From positions 56,792,001 through 56,856,000 of the forward strand of contig OZ024747.1 of assembly GCA_964016885.1 (NCBI GenBank): a stretch of DNA of 64,000 bases, given 5' to 3'. The notes beneath the pieces are model-generated. The model saw nothing but the letters and a program-made list of their open reading frames with translations. It made no database searches and had not been told where the DNA came from. The DNA is from Eledone cirrhosa (Eukaryota). This document shows, in pieces, positions 1-13,458 of this stretch; position 1 is the stretch's first letter, and every line of letters starts with the position of its first letter. Made by a program: the position numbers and the translations under genes.

Positions 1-599
1 GATTCAAATAAGATTTGTATCTGATGATCTATATCCAAAAATACAATGATAAAAGATGAACAAAGATTTTGAATACATAAGGATATGGAAAATTTAAGAC
101 AAACTACATATGAAGAAGACAAATAAGTGATAGGATTAAGCATAGGATGATCTAATTTTATAGAATATAGAATGTATGAGTATCATCATCATCATCATCA
201 TCATCATTTAACATCTTCTTTCCCTAGTAGCAAGAGTATATGTGTGTGTGTCTGTGTGTTTGTGAGTGAATGTGTGTGTGTGTCTGTGTGTGTGTGTGTG
301 TGTTGGTGTTTGTGTGTGTGTGTGCGTGTGTGTATGTGTTTTTATGTGTGTTTGTGTGTGTGTGATGAAAGGCAGTAGTTTGAAGTTTCAACATGGCTGT
401 TTCATCTGACAGCCAGGTAAAATAATCAAGTTGAAATGCAAAAGCCACTTTTGACTTAGAAAAGAAAAAACTATACACTCCACCTACAAGTATTGAGTGC
501 TCATTCAGTTAATGTTTCAATAGTACAATGATATCTAAAATACCCATTCTAAGATATATATATATACACAGACACACACACACACACATATATATATAC

Positions 600-942
600 G
601 GAGGCACATGGCTTAGTGGTTAGAGCATTGGCCTTGCAATCGAAAGGTTGTGAGTTCAATTCTCAGACTGGGTGATGTGTTGTTTCCTTGAGCAAGACAC
701 TTTATTTCACATTGCTCCAGTTTACTCAGCTGTAGAAATGAGATGATAGGGACTGTGGTCCCTATCATTCCACTGCAAAGTGGTCGTGGAGGTGCCACAG
801 CAAAAAAGCACCAGAGCACTCACTGTAAATGAGATTGGTGTTAGGAAGGGCATCCAGCTTTAGAAATCAAGCCACCATCAGTTCCCGTCCCACCCTTGCA
901 AGCAGGGAAAAAGCGGACGGAAAATGAAATGAAATGAATGAA

Positions 943-945
<3 letters not shown>
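600..945 (+). mobile_element. tRNA-derived SINE with CORE-like body and RTE-derived 3' tail
   Basis: A-box TGGCTTAGTGG and B-box GAGTTCAATTC. CORE-like segment ccttgagcaagacacttt...ctcagctgtagaaatg. The 3' end ccgtcccacccttgcaagcagggaaa matches the LINE 3' end at ~55521-55560. Near-identical minus copy at 22085-22415. Confidence 0.8.
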
Positions 946-976
<31 letters not shown>

Positions 977-1060
977 AAAGGTAAACAGAAATAACAACAC
1001 AATCGGTACAGTATATGGAAGGGATATATTAGGTTAACACTTGATATAGCAGGAAGAGAA

Positions 1061-1095
1061 CCTTAACGTTTCGGACGCTAGTTCTTCATCAGAAG
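1061..1095 (-). ncRNA. Minimal type I hammerhead motif (Penelope-type), slightly degenerate
   Basis: Minus strand reads ctt CTGATGA a gaac tagc gtcc GAA ACGTT A agg. Degenerate relatives at ~11490-11520 (+) and ~40785-40817 (-), the latter with ggac in stem II. Confidence 0.6.
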
Positions 1096-1120
1096 AAAGT
1101 ATATATATATATATATATAT

Positions 1121-1311
1121 AACGAAGGAAATGTGGTAAGGAACCAGGTGGACCATAACGCACCAAAGTACTCAATACTTAGGGTAGTAGAGTGGGTAAT
1201 AGGAACCAGTAAGACCCCGACGGCTGAGCTCAAGCCGTTTCGACGGCTAATTCTGGACTCAGAATTAGCCGTCGAAATGGCTTGAGCTCAGCTGTCGGAG
1301 TCTTACTGGTT

Positions 1312-1315
<4 letters not shown>
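1121..1315. mobile_element. Short Penelope-derived fold-back element in (TA)n
   Basis: Inverted repeat ~1200-1315. Each arm carries the HHR 3' half (consensus GAA ACGGCT tgagctc AGCYGT C). Near-identical copy at 59955-60176 and diverged copy at ~26475-26617. Confidence 0.7.
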
Positions 1316-1364
<49 letters not shown>

Positions 1365-1715
1365 AAAACAAAGCAACCAAGATTGTTAATTGTACTTCTA
1401 ATTGACCGACATATTTTTAGCCAGGCTTTATTTTGCCAAACATATAGTTGTTTTCTCAACTTTTCTGAACTTGAGTTAGTCTAGCTTAGTGTTCGACCTG
1501 ATTGAATATATTGATTTTTTGTAGTATTGTAGCAACATGCTTTTGGTTGCCTTATTCTTGGTGTCACCCTTTATTAACTTTTTGTGTACTTTGGGTTGAA
1601 ATGTATCAATTCCCCACTTCATTCAATGCTTTGTGACTGCCGCTTATAATTCAATGAACATCTGCTATTGTGCCGCTACAACTTCAGTTATACTCATTAT
1701 CATACACATACACTA

Positions 1716-1905
1716 GGGTGGTGAATTGGCACTATTGGTAGAGGGTCGGACACCATGCTTTCCAGCGTAGTTACGTCCCTTTACGGTCTGAGTTCAAATC
1801 CCGTTGAGGTTAACTTTGCCTTTCATCCTTACAGGGTCGATAAAATAAAGTACCAGTAATGTACTGGGTAATTGCTGGCCTTGTGCCAAAAGTAGAAACA
1901 ATTAT
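1716..1905 (+). mobile_element. Abundant tRNA-derived SINE (representative copy)
   Basis: Head tggcagtatcggtagag, B-box GAGTTCAAATCC, body gcctttcatccttacggggtcgataaaataaagtaccag, tail agtagaaacaattatt. About 20 full or partial copies, e.g. 11565-11740+, 13918-14110+, 15115-15345+, 16145-16335-, 18000-18190+, 21748-21937-, 26165-26342+, 34330-34552+, 50535-50710-, 58805-59000-. Confidence 0.85.
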
Positions 1906-1985
1906 TATACACACACACACATATATAACAAAACCATCCAACCTATGCTGGCATGAAAGATGGACGTTAAACAATGATGATGATG

Positions 1986-2320
<335 letters not shown>

Positions 2321-2699
2321 ATATATATCATCATCATCATCATCATCATTGTTTAACATCTATCTTCCACGCTAGCATGGGTTTAGACGATATATATATA
2401 TATATATGATGATGGACTTTCCTATTGATCTTGACATATGAGTAACCAGCAACATTAGATTAGTCAGTTGGTGGATGTTTATGTGTGATGTGATATTCAT
2501 GTCCCATCACACGTCATGCAAACAAGGTCACATATGATACAAAATTGTGGGTTATGAGACAATATAACTGGTACATATGTTTTAGTCCTCACTATTGTTT
2601 CCCTCGGCTGTTGGGAATGGCTAAATTCGAAAGATCCTATGCCACTCTCAATCTGACTCCTCGTGTGCAACTTTTGTAATGCAGGGCTACCTTCTCAAA

Positions 2700-3035
2700 G
2701 GACTGTCATGCTGCCGATAAAAACACATACAGCTGTTGGTTTTCACTTCAATTTATCATAAATTTCCGGTTGGTTAGTTGGTTGGTTTGCTAACTGGAAG
2801 GTTGTTTATATATTGTCAAAGCTCTTTCATCACACATTCTGTGACCTCTTCAATGAATAGGTTTTTATGATGGTGCAGAATGAAAGAGCTTTGAGAATAA
2901 ATACACAACCGTCCAGTTATCGAACCAACCAACCAACCAACCAACCAACCGGAAATGTATAATAGATTGAAGCGAAAACCAAGAGGTATGTGTGTTTTTA
3001 TAGCGGCAGCATGACCTTCCCAAAGTATAACAATA
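2700..3035. mobile_element. Penelope-like terminal (pLTR) remnant: inverted arms with a degenerate HHR in the loop
   Basis: Arms ~2705-2790 and ~2920-3015 are inverted. Minus strand ~2815-2865 reads tTGAAGA ggtcacagaatgtgtgat GAAAGAGCTT tgac. Homologous to 33596-33790 downstream of the GIY-YIG ORF. Confidence 0.7.
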
Positions 3036-3099
3036 GCTGTTTCAACATACATTTTCAGATAAGAAATCTTGCAAAACAAATTAAAAAAACGAAGTATAT

Positions 3100-3383
3100 A
3101 TCATCATCATCATCACCGTTTTACGTCCGTTCTTCCACGCTAGCATGGGTTAGACGGGTTGTCCTGTTGTGGGCTGTAGCCGGTCGGCTGACCATGCCTT
3201 GCTCATACGGGAACTGATTTTGGCTTGATTTCTACAGCTGGATGCCCTTCCTAACACCAACCTCATTTAAAGTGAGTGCTGGGTGCTTTTTTCCGTGGCG
3301 CCTACATGTCCACTTTACAGTGTGGGCTGGGTGCTATTTTATTGTGGTACCTCCATGACCACTTTGAAGTGGGAGGGTGTGGG

Positions 3384-3387
<4 letters not shown>
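3100..3387 (-). mobile_element. RTE LINE 3'UTR fragment with (GAT)n tail
   Basis: Matches 63185-63490, which follows an RTE ORF. Related copies at 20405-20670+, 21035-21330-, 38940-39250+ and 5405-5580-. Confidence 0.7.
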
Positions 3388-3461
<74 letters not shown>

Positions 3462-5228
3462 TATATACATATACATATACATATATACACACATATATAT
3501 ATACAAATACACACACGCATACATAAATATATATATATGTATGTGTATATATATGTGTGTGTATATATCTATATATATATATGTATGTGTGTGTATACAT
3601 GCATATATATATGTGTTTGTATGTGTGTGTATATATGCGTATATATATGTATGTATTTATATATACATACATACATATATATACATATACATATACATAT
3701 ATATATACATATATATAGAGAGAGAGATATATATAGATGTAACTGTACACATACATACCCACACATATATTCACAATATCTTATAAAATTACTTCCTTAT
3801 ATACTTCATCTCATAATTTATTTGGCTTCTTTATTTTACTTCTTTATTTTACTTCTCTTTTTTATTTTATTTTCTTAAAAATTCTTTATCTTTATTTATT
3901 CAATTATCTTTCATTTTATCATCTTTTTTAGATACATTACATCTGATGCAATTCTGAATTTACAGCACTTGGAGCACATTACGTATTCTTAAAATATGTT
4001 TTCTATCACTAAAAAAATCTTACCACTGACCACCCTCCTCAAGGAAATACATATCAATATATCTAGTTAATCTGTTTATATTTCGGCAGTGTAAACCAAA
4101 AAAGAAAAAAAACTATTCAATTTTGAACGAATAGATGCAGCCCTGCAAAGACATGAAGATAAGAGTAAAGTTTTAATCTCCTCTAAACTCTGATTTCTTA
4201 CTTAAAACTGTTTCAACTGTTGTACTAAAAAGCTCATTTATATACTCTTTCATAATGGAAAAAAGAAAATTCTTAGAAATTTCTTAAATCTATAGATAAC
4301 AGTGTTTGTTACTTTCATTCCTCTCTTTTTATTTGCATTAATGCATGATGCTTATTCACTTAAAGATGTTTAAAAATTGTTAGGAATAGAATATTTGAAA
4401 TTTAAATTTGTTTTCAATTCTTTATAATAGTAAATTGGTGAGGAATCTATTTTGAAAAATTAAACAATATTTTAGCATTTTAATGGCAAAGATCATCATC
4501 ATATACTTTCATCAGATTTTTTTTTACAAATAGTATTCTTTTAAAATACAGCAAAGGGGCTGGAAACTAAAATAAAATTTCAAGTGTAGAAAAAAAAAAT
4601 GTATATATAAATATACAATGAAAAGAAATAATACAAGATATAATGAATACAGTCAGTTTTGTATTGATCTTTTATCAGTGCACGTAAATGGCCTCCCATA
4701 AAATCACATGAACATGTATAGATGTTATAGATGTGTTAATATAAATACAAGCACATTCCTGCTTTCAGTATAACAACTAAGGATTTAATTTTAATGGCTA
4801 AAAATTCAATTAGTAATAAAATGAGAAAAGAATTGGTTATATGATTGATAACAAAAAGATAAAAATTTAGTAGTTGTAGGAGCAGGAAAACACAATTCTT
4901 TGTTTTTATGTCTATTTTTACTTACTGGCATGGGTTAGATTAGAGGTTACTGAAGTAGCGTTCTGTGGCTGGATGTCCATCTTGATGCTAAATTTCTTTT
5001 ATAGTAAGGTTCTGATCATTGTACATCAAACAACTGAACTATGGGACATAACATTTATTATGTGAGGCATGCATAAACAAACATTCCTTGTTGCTTATGT
5101 AGTAAGACACCCACCTATATATATATATATTATATATATATAGTAATAATAATAAATTTGAAGACTAAAAACCAAAGAGGGCTCGATAAGGATAAATATA
5201 TATCAGATATATAAGAACCATAGAGCAA

Positions 5229-5395
5229 ATATTTATTAAAATAACAGATTAAAGTTTAAGCAAAGAATCGCTGCTTTCACCATTAACGGGATCTTCTGAA
5301 ACTGATCAGAAGATCAGTTAAGTTTCAGAAGATCCCGTTAAGGGTGAAAGCAGCGATTCTTTGCTTAAACTTTAATCTGTTATTTTAATAAATAT
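5229..5395. mobile_element. Fold-back element with two inverted HHR-like motifs (CAGAAGA core variant)
   Basis: ~75-bp inverted arms. The + arm 5320-5372 reads aagttt CAGAAGA t ccc gttaa ggg t GAA AGCA gcgattctt TGCT T aaactt. A further copy lies at 49369-49419 (-). Confidence 0.65.
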
Positions 5396-5986
5396 ATATA
5401 TATATCATCATCATCATCATCATCATCATCATCGATTAACGTCCATCTTCCATGCTAGTATGGGTTAGACGGGTCCTGTTTTGAGGCAAGTTGTATCGGG
5501 TGAACATGTCTTGCTCATATAGGGGTGTTTCTGGATGGTTTCTAAGGCTGGATGCCCTTCCTAACGCCAACCACATTAAATACATATATATTTATACATA
5601 TATGTGAATATATAGTGCACACAGACATGTACAAAGATATATATATATGTATATATATGGTATATCAATAATCGGTTTCCTTTATTTCAGTAGGTGAAGC
5701 TCACTAATGTGAACCGAGGACTATTTCAGTATACAGTTGCTTTTGACTCAACATATGAATCCCTGCTCAAGGTTGTTCTTAGGTTGATCTTCTGAAGGTA
5801 CCACAATCGATAATTCATGTAAACATTATGCAATAAATGTTTTTCCTACTTATTCAGAGAAATTGTCTAATTATATATATATATATATATATAGTTACAA
5901 TGTGCTTGTAAACCAAAATTAAAAGTTCAAGGCATTTAATACACCTAGTAAATGAGAACAATTTACTCTCATTAATATTACTATTA

Positions 5987-6038
<52 letters not shown>

Positions 6039-6552
6039 GAACTATATATATGTGTGTGTGTACATGTGTGTGTACATATATCATCATCATCATCATCATC
6101 ATCGTTTAACGTCCATTTTCCACGCTAGGACCCCTAGCCTTTGTCAGGGCATTCTTCTACGGGAAGGCAACTCATGAAACTGGGATAACTCTGATATAAA
6201 ACCTGCAACTCAGTAGTTACCGATGATGTTGATCTTTTCTTCTTTTCGGGTTATAGCTACTGTCGCTCAGAGAGTGGGATTGGCTCAGTGCACAGTCTTT
6301 CCTCACTTTAAAAAATATCTTCACGCACAGGCATTGCTCGATAGAATTAATTAATAATTATTAATAATGGTATATCGTGTAATGGCCATACTCGATAACG
6401 AGGGGGCAGCCATCATATATAGATATATAGCTACTGTTTTAATCCATTGCCCTAGCCTAGGCTGCTATTATTTATTGATCCTGAAATAATGACTGGCAAA
6501 GTTAACCTTAGTTATATTTAAAATCAGAGTCTAATGAGCCAAAACAAATAGA

Positions 6553-7428
6553 GAGGCATCTGTAAATAAGGCATCTGTAAATAAGGCATCTGTAAATAAG
6601 GCATCTGTAAATTCATAAGGCATCTGTAAATTCATAAGGCATCTGTAAATAAGGCATCTGTAAATAAGGCATCTGTAAATTCATAAGGCATCTGTAAATA
6701 AGGCATCTGTAAATAAGGCATCTGTAAATAAGGCATCTGTAAATTCATAAGGCATCTGTAAATAAGGTATCTGTAAATAAGGCATCTGTAAATAAGGCAT
6801 CTGTAAATTCATAAGGCATCTGTAAATAAGGCATCTGTAAATAAGGCATCTGTAAATTCATAAGGCATCTGTAAATAAGGCATCTGTAAATAAGGCATCT
6901 GTAAATTCATAAGGCATCTGTAAATAAGGCATCTGTAAATAAGGCATCTGTAAATAAGGCATCTGTAAATTCATAAGGCATCTGTAAATAAGGTATCTGT
7001 AAATAAGGCATCTGTAAATAAGGCATCTGTAAATTCATAAGGCATCTGTAAATTCATAAGGCATCTGTAAATAAGGCATCTGTAAATAAGGCATCTGTAA
7101 ATTCATAAGGCATCTGTAAATAAGGCATCTGTAAATAAGGCATCTGTAAATAAGGCATCTGTAAATTCATAAGGCATCTGTAAATAAGGTATCTGTAAAT
7201 AAGGCATCTGTAAATAAGGCATCTGTAAATTCATAAGGCATCTGTAAATAAGGCATCTGTAAATAAGGCATCTGTAAATAAGGCATCTGTAAATTCATAA
7301 GGCATCTGTAAATAAGGCATCTGTAAATAAGGCATCTGTAAATAAGGCATCTGTAAATTCATAAGGCATCTGTAAATAAGGCATCTGTAAATAAGGCATC
7401 TGTCACCATAAGGCATCTGTAAATTCAT
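6553..7428. repeat. Minisatellite of 15-bp (aaggcatctgtaaat) and 19-bp (aaggcatctgtaaattcat) units with higher-order structure
   Basis: Directly visible, ~54 units. A variant unit (aaggtatct) recurs at 6768, 6994 and 7190. Confidence 0.95.
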
Positions 7429-7900
7429 TACACTCCAATATTTATTGACCCATGAAAGAATTGACTTCAACAGAATTTGAACTCAGAGCATAGTGAGCTC
7501 AAATAAATGCCGAGGCAACCAATCTGATGCTCTAACAACGCATCACCTAATGGTAAATTAGAATATCACCAAAATAATGCTTTCTGATTTAGGTTCAAGT
7601 CCAACAATTTTTGGGGAAAGGGAAAGTCCATTAAATCGATCCCGTGAGGATGAAAGGAAAAGCTAACTTCAGCAGGATTTGAACTCAGATCATAATGGTC
7701 CATAACTCTATGCTGCAAAGCATATTGGGCAATACACTAGCGATACTGCCAATCCACCAATACAAAAGAGAATAAGATTAAAAATATCAGAAAAATTATA
7801 TAAAATCAAATCAAAACTAAAAAAAAAAACCTAATTTTCTTATGTATATATATATATATATGTATGTATATGTGTGCGTGTAAATATATATTTATATATA

Positions 7901-7943
<43 letters not shown>

Positions 7944-8439
7944 ATGTGTATATATATGTGTGTGTGTGTGTATATATATATATATGTGTGTGTGTATGTG
8001 TATATATATGTGTGTGTGTATATATATATATATATACATGTGTGTGTGTATGTGTATATATATGTGTGTGTATATATGTATGTGTATATATACATGTGTG
8101 TGTGTATGTGTATATATATGTGTGTGTGTATATATATATATATATGTGTGTGTGTATGTGTATATATATGTGTGTGTGTGTGTATATATATGTGTGTGTG
8201 TATGTGTATATATATGTGTGTGTGTGTATATATATATATATATGTGGGGGGTGGGGGTGAGGGGGTGTGTGTATATATATAATACAGCAAGATAAAAAAC
8301 ATGAATTTAATAATATTAAAAAGGTAAAAGTAAAAGCAGTAAATAAATATTAAAGAGTAAATATTAATAAAATATAAATATCATAATGATAAAATCAAAT
8401 TAAATATAGTATAAAATGACTAATAAATATTCATATATG

Positions 8440-8476
<37 letters not shown>

Positions 8477-8495
8477 ATTCATATATATATATATA

Positions 8496-8542
<47 letters not shown>

Positions 8543-8626
8543 ATATTGAGATAAAAAATATCATAATATAAATTGAGACAAAATATATTTGATTAGCTAG
8601 AGTGAGAGAGCAGAATAAAAAAAAAG

Positions 8627-8663
<37 letters not shown>

Positions 8664-9109
8664 GTGTAAATGAGTGGGATGTGAGGAGTTGGTGATATTT
8701 CTTGTAGGCAATAGGGGGCATAGATGATCGACCATTAATGTCAGCAGGTATTAATAAAATAAAGGACATGTACATGAAACAAATTAGCTAGGCAAAGGTT
8801 TCATGGCGGCTTTTGGCTATTTTGAGAGTCTCTCATGTACCTACACATATGAATGTGTTCGTTTGTTTGTATGTATATGTATGTACCTGTATATGTGTGT
8901 GTGTGTGTGTGTGTGCATTTGTCTCATGCTTTCATCCTTGGTCTTTCTCTTTCGTCACTACTTTGTACTCTTCCCTGTATAATAGAGACTGGATGAGAGA
9001 GGGGAAGAGAGAAAGAGAGAAAGAGAGAGAGAGAGAGAGAAAGAAAGAGAGAGCAGTGTTACTGAATGGGGCTGGGGGTAATAGAGGTTTGCAAAAACTA
9101 CCAAAATTT

Positions 9110-9460
9110 ACAAAGCTCAGGTGAAACCCACAATGAAGTACTTCTCCCATCTTTGGGACAGTGCTGCTATTACACATATAAACATCTTAGACTGCTCACA
9201 GACATGTTTATTTGACAAGACATTATCTAGTGCTACTTGAGTGGTCTCTGTTTCTCAGATCTGGCAGGTCCCATATCACTTCTGGTCAGATTCACACAGC
9301 TCACTTATCTTTCTTCCTCTCCTCTCTCATGTTTCGCCTAATCTCTTAACCCCCTGAACATTTCACTTTTGTATTCTTCATCCTTTCCATATTTTGCCTA
9401 TAGCAATCAACTTGCAATGGCTCAAGAAGAACATCATCATCATCAATCTCACCAGTCTTA
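9110..9460 (+). pseudogene. Highly decayed non-LTR retrotransposon RT C-terminal fragment (Jockey/CR1-like)
   Basis: Translates AQVKPTMKYFSHLWDSA, resembling the QVRPxMEYxSxxW motif of non-LTR reverse transcriptases. Confidence 0.4.
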
Positions 9461-10095
9461 ACTACCCTGAAAAGGCCATGGGCACAAACCCTTTTTCCAG
9501 ACAACACCAACAAAAGAAAAAATACAATTTACTATTTAAAAGACAACTTGGTGTAGATATTTGATTGATCTTAAACTTCTAGCTAGTATTAATATTTACC
9601 TAACATCAATTCATCTGTTGGTATATGTTAGTATATCGTTATTGCAATTTACCAAATAAAACTTTGTGTTTATTTAGATATTATTTTCATTTTAACATTC
9701 CAATTATCTATTTTGATTTAGATATATTTTGTTGCTGTACATTGCTATGACTTAGTTCCAATCATGTATGATTGCACCTGAGCATTGTACACAATAATTT
9801 CATTATTATATAAACAGCATTCAATAATAGACCATTTAAAATGAAAATTATCAATTCAATGTTCTTCTAAGTGCCACGCATACCTGTTTAAGACTGTTGC
9901 ATTCCTTTTCTCTTTGTTCCTGAAAATGAGTCTGTGGTTTCACAAAAAGCTCTTAAAATGACTTCACTAACACTAGTATATGATATCTTGATTTCTGTAT
10001 TACACCTTTTATATTTTTATGATGACAGAATAGATATTTTGCATTACTTTTGCAGCTGAATCTGCTCCTGTCGGTTTTTATTTTTTAGTCTTAGA

Positions 10096-10395
10096 CAGGG
10101 TTGGATTTAGACCTTGGTGGTCCACAGCACTTCAAGTTTGGGGCTCTCCTCATACACAAAGAATCAGAATACACATCAAACCCTCCAATTTTATATTTCA
10201 AAGTTAGCTTGGCACAAGTAATTGGAATTGAAAAGTCATACATACAGGTTTTAAATTCAAAAATACTAACCATCCTAAAACTAAAAAGCCTAGTTGAGGT
10301 TACAAATAAATTGCTATGGCCATTGCTGGTCGGGCTCCCCTCAGCAGGGAGCCCATGGCAATTGCCCCCTTTACCCCTCATTAAATACGGCCCTG
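10096..10395. mobile_element. hAT-like MITE
   Basis: Imperfect TIRs cagggttggatttag / ttaaatacggccctg. Same family as 39257-39530 and 50007-50289, with partial copies at ~12130-12335 and ~12490-12682. Confidence 0.75.
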
Positions 10396-10699
10396 GCCAC
10401 AGAAATGTTAAACAAGGTGCTCTTATTTGGAATGCTAGTTTGTTTCAGGTGATGTATAGTCACTTTTTGTATGTGTTCATAAATTTAAACCAATATAGCT
10501 GCAGGCAAAGAATAATTAAACTAAATTGTTCCCATAATGAGTACTTTTAACTTTACTCAATATGAAGGTGTACACCCTTACTCAAAAACGTATCTTATGA
10601 CATATATCATTGAAGAGGTGCATTCTTACTTGAAGGAGTACATCATATCTTATAAATTTATAACTCACTTATTGTGGGGTATAGTTTTGTCACTGAAAA

Positions 10700-10915
10700 T
10701 GTGCCTTCTTCTGTAAATTTGTACCTTATATCCCATAAAAGTCTAACTCACTGTGAAAGGGTACATGCGTCTTTGAAGACGTAACTTCTTCTATAAATGT
10801 GTACCTTATATCCTGTAAAATTCTAACTTACAGTGAAGTGGTACATTCATCTCTGAAGACATAACTTTTTTAAATGTGTGCCTTATATCCTGTAAAATTA
10901 CAACCTACTGTGAAA
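10700..10915. repeat. Degenerate ~80-bp tandem repeat
   Basis: gtaccttatatcc-type motif at 10721, 10801 and 10878 (spacing 80 and 77). Confidence 0.7.
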
Positions 10916-11973
10916 GAGAGTAGCCCACTTTTTGTGAAGGTGTAATTTATATACTATAACAACTCTCTCACTACAAAAGATGTATGAGCCAACACAGGAA
11001 AGCAAGGTAATCCAATACAGGAAATGAAGCTATTAAGAGAAGTTCTATGAATTCATTTCACCTATTCAATGATCCAACAAATTCCTCATTAACAATATCC
11101 CTGCCATTCTATATATTCTCTAAACCTCTTTAATCATAAAACCAGACAAATATCTTTGAACAAATGTTTTGTGTTAACGTTTTCATGAACATATTTTCAT
11201 TGAATAAAGTAAATATAGGTATGGCTATGTAGTTAAAACCTTTGCTTCACAAACATAAAGACTTGGGTTTTATCCCACTATGTGACTTCTAGGGCAAGTA
11301 TTTTTTTTACTATATACCCTGGGTTGACTAATATCTTATAAATGAATTTGGTTGACAGAAACTGTATGGAAGCTTACAATATATAACTGACTAATGAGAC
11401 ATGCTTTTCTCTTGCCTGAATACTTCCCATTTTCTTTCTTTTCTTACTGTTGTTTATTTTCCTATTTCTTCTTCTCTCTCATCTCTTTTCCAATGAAGAA
11501 CTAACGTCCGAAACATTAAGTTGTTTTTCCTAATATATCAAATATTAAACTTATATCATTATTGTATCGGTAGAGGGTTGGACGCCATGCTTTCTAGCAT
11601 AGTTACGTCCCTTTACAGTCTGAGTTCAAATCCCGCCGAGGTTAACTTTGCCTTTTATCCTTACAGGGTCGATAAAATAAAGTACCAGTAATGTACTGGG
11701 TAATTTGCTGGCTTTGTGCCTAAAGTAGAAACAATTATTGTATTGTATTGTTCTCTTATGTTTTTTTCCTCATTGACTTTTCTTATAAGTATATATATGT
11801 AGTGTTGCAGAAGGTAAGTTGCTTATACATGGTTGTTATGTTGTAACTTCTTGAGGATAAGCCTGTCCAAGTGGCCCATAGTTTATCCCAGCTGAGAGTT
11901 GGGGATTAGGGGTGACAGAGTATTCATTTATCAAATAAGAGTAGTTAAGACAGGATTATTTCACCATAATTGC

Positions 11974-12010
<37 letters not shown>

Positions 12011-13087
12011 CTGTATATTTGTATGTATGTATATATGCATGTATATATATGTATCCCAGTACAACCTGTCTCATGGTCGGGTCGTTGGCGACTAAACTGA
12101 CAAACCCACCAAGGTTATCTATGCACTCAGTTGGGCTTTTTAGTTTTAGGATGGTTACAATTTTTGAATTTGATACCCTTATTTATGACTTTTCAATTCC
12201 AATTACTTGCACCAAGCTAACTTTGATATGTAAAATTGGGGGGGGGGGGGTTGCTGTGTAATCTAATTTTTGTGTATGAGGGACCCTCTAAACCTGAAAA
12301 TCTTTGGGCCCTCAAACGTCTAAATCCACCACTGGTTACAGGCTTATTGTGTCCGTTTTGTCCATTTGTATCCTGAAATCTCACAGCACCTTCACCCGAT
12401 TGTTTACTATCATTGACTCGAGCTTATGCTCATACCATTTCTCAGAACGAGGTAATTTACTCAGTATATATAAATGCCAGTGAATCACTTTTTAGTTTTA
12501 GGATGGTTAGAATTTTTTTATTTAATACCTGTATGTATAACTTTTCAATTCAAATTACTTAGATCAAGCAAATTTTGATATGTAAATTTGGGGTCTTGCT
12601 GTGTATTGTAATTTTTTATGTATGAGGGTCCCCCAAAAAATCTGAAGTGCTCTGGGTCCCCCAAGGTCTAAATCCAGCCCTGTGTACAAGCTGACCTCAG
12701 AGTAGTAAACTATATAGAATAGATTAGAGAGGAATAGAACAAATAAAGAGACACAGTGCTGGAGAAGACCCATCCACCACAAGCAAGTATGGAAAGGCAG
12801 ATGTAAAAATGATGATAGTGGTGATGCTATACATTCAGGTATCATTCTTCATATATAATTCTTTATTGGTTTTTCCAATGACCATATATAGTATATAGCT
12901 GTTTTACACTGAAAATTCACAGAATACTTACATCAAATTCTCCCCACACTCTTGACCAAACAATGTTGTTGTTATTTAGGCTTTTCAATGTTGTTCATCA
13001 TAATATATTGTTTACCACTGCCTTAAAAGATGGTATGTGTATATATGTAGATACATACCTACATACATACATACATACATACATACA

Positions 13088-13121
<34 letters not shown>

Positions 13122-13173
13122 CATATATATACATATATACATACATATGTATATATACATATATTCACATGTG

Positions 13174-13207
<34 letters not shown>

Positions 13208-13370
13208 TACATACTTATATATGCTAGGATATGTATATACATATACATATACTTATATATATATATATATGCATATATATATATATATATGCATATATAT
13301 ATAAATATATATATGTATATATATATGTATGTGTGTATATATGCATATATATATATATATAATATATATA

Positions 13371-13458
<88 letters not shown>

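Noticed and set aside
14-103. Hammerhead-like motifs at the window start, ~40505-40612, ~32665-32700 and ~59386-59434
   Set aside because: The core or stem I is broken or replaced by microsatellite. These are probably decayed family members but are not supportable as ribozymes.
601-675. tRNA gene
   Set aside because: A and B boxes are present, but it continues into a SINE body, and no complete cloverleaf or Pol III terminator is evident.
3276-3878. Long YI/CV/HT-rich ORFs (also 7.8-8.3, 13, 30.5-31.6, 56.6-57.6 and 60.5-61.6 kb)
   Set aside because: Translations of stop-free dinucleotide microsatellites.
6553-7428. Possible CRISPR array
   Set aside because: No unique spacers, only two near-identical tandem units. 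The context is eukaryotic with no cas genes.
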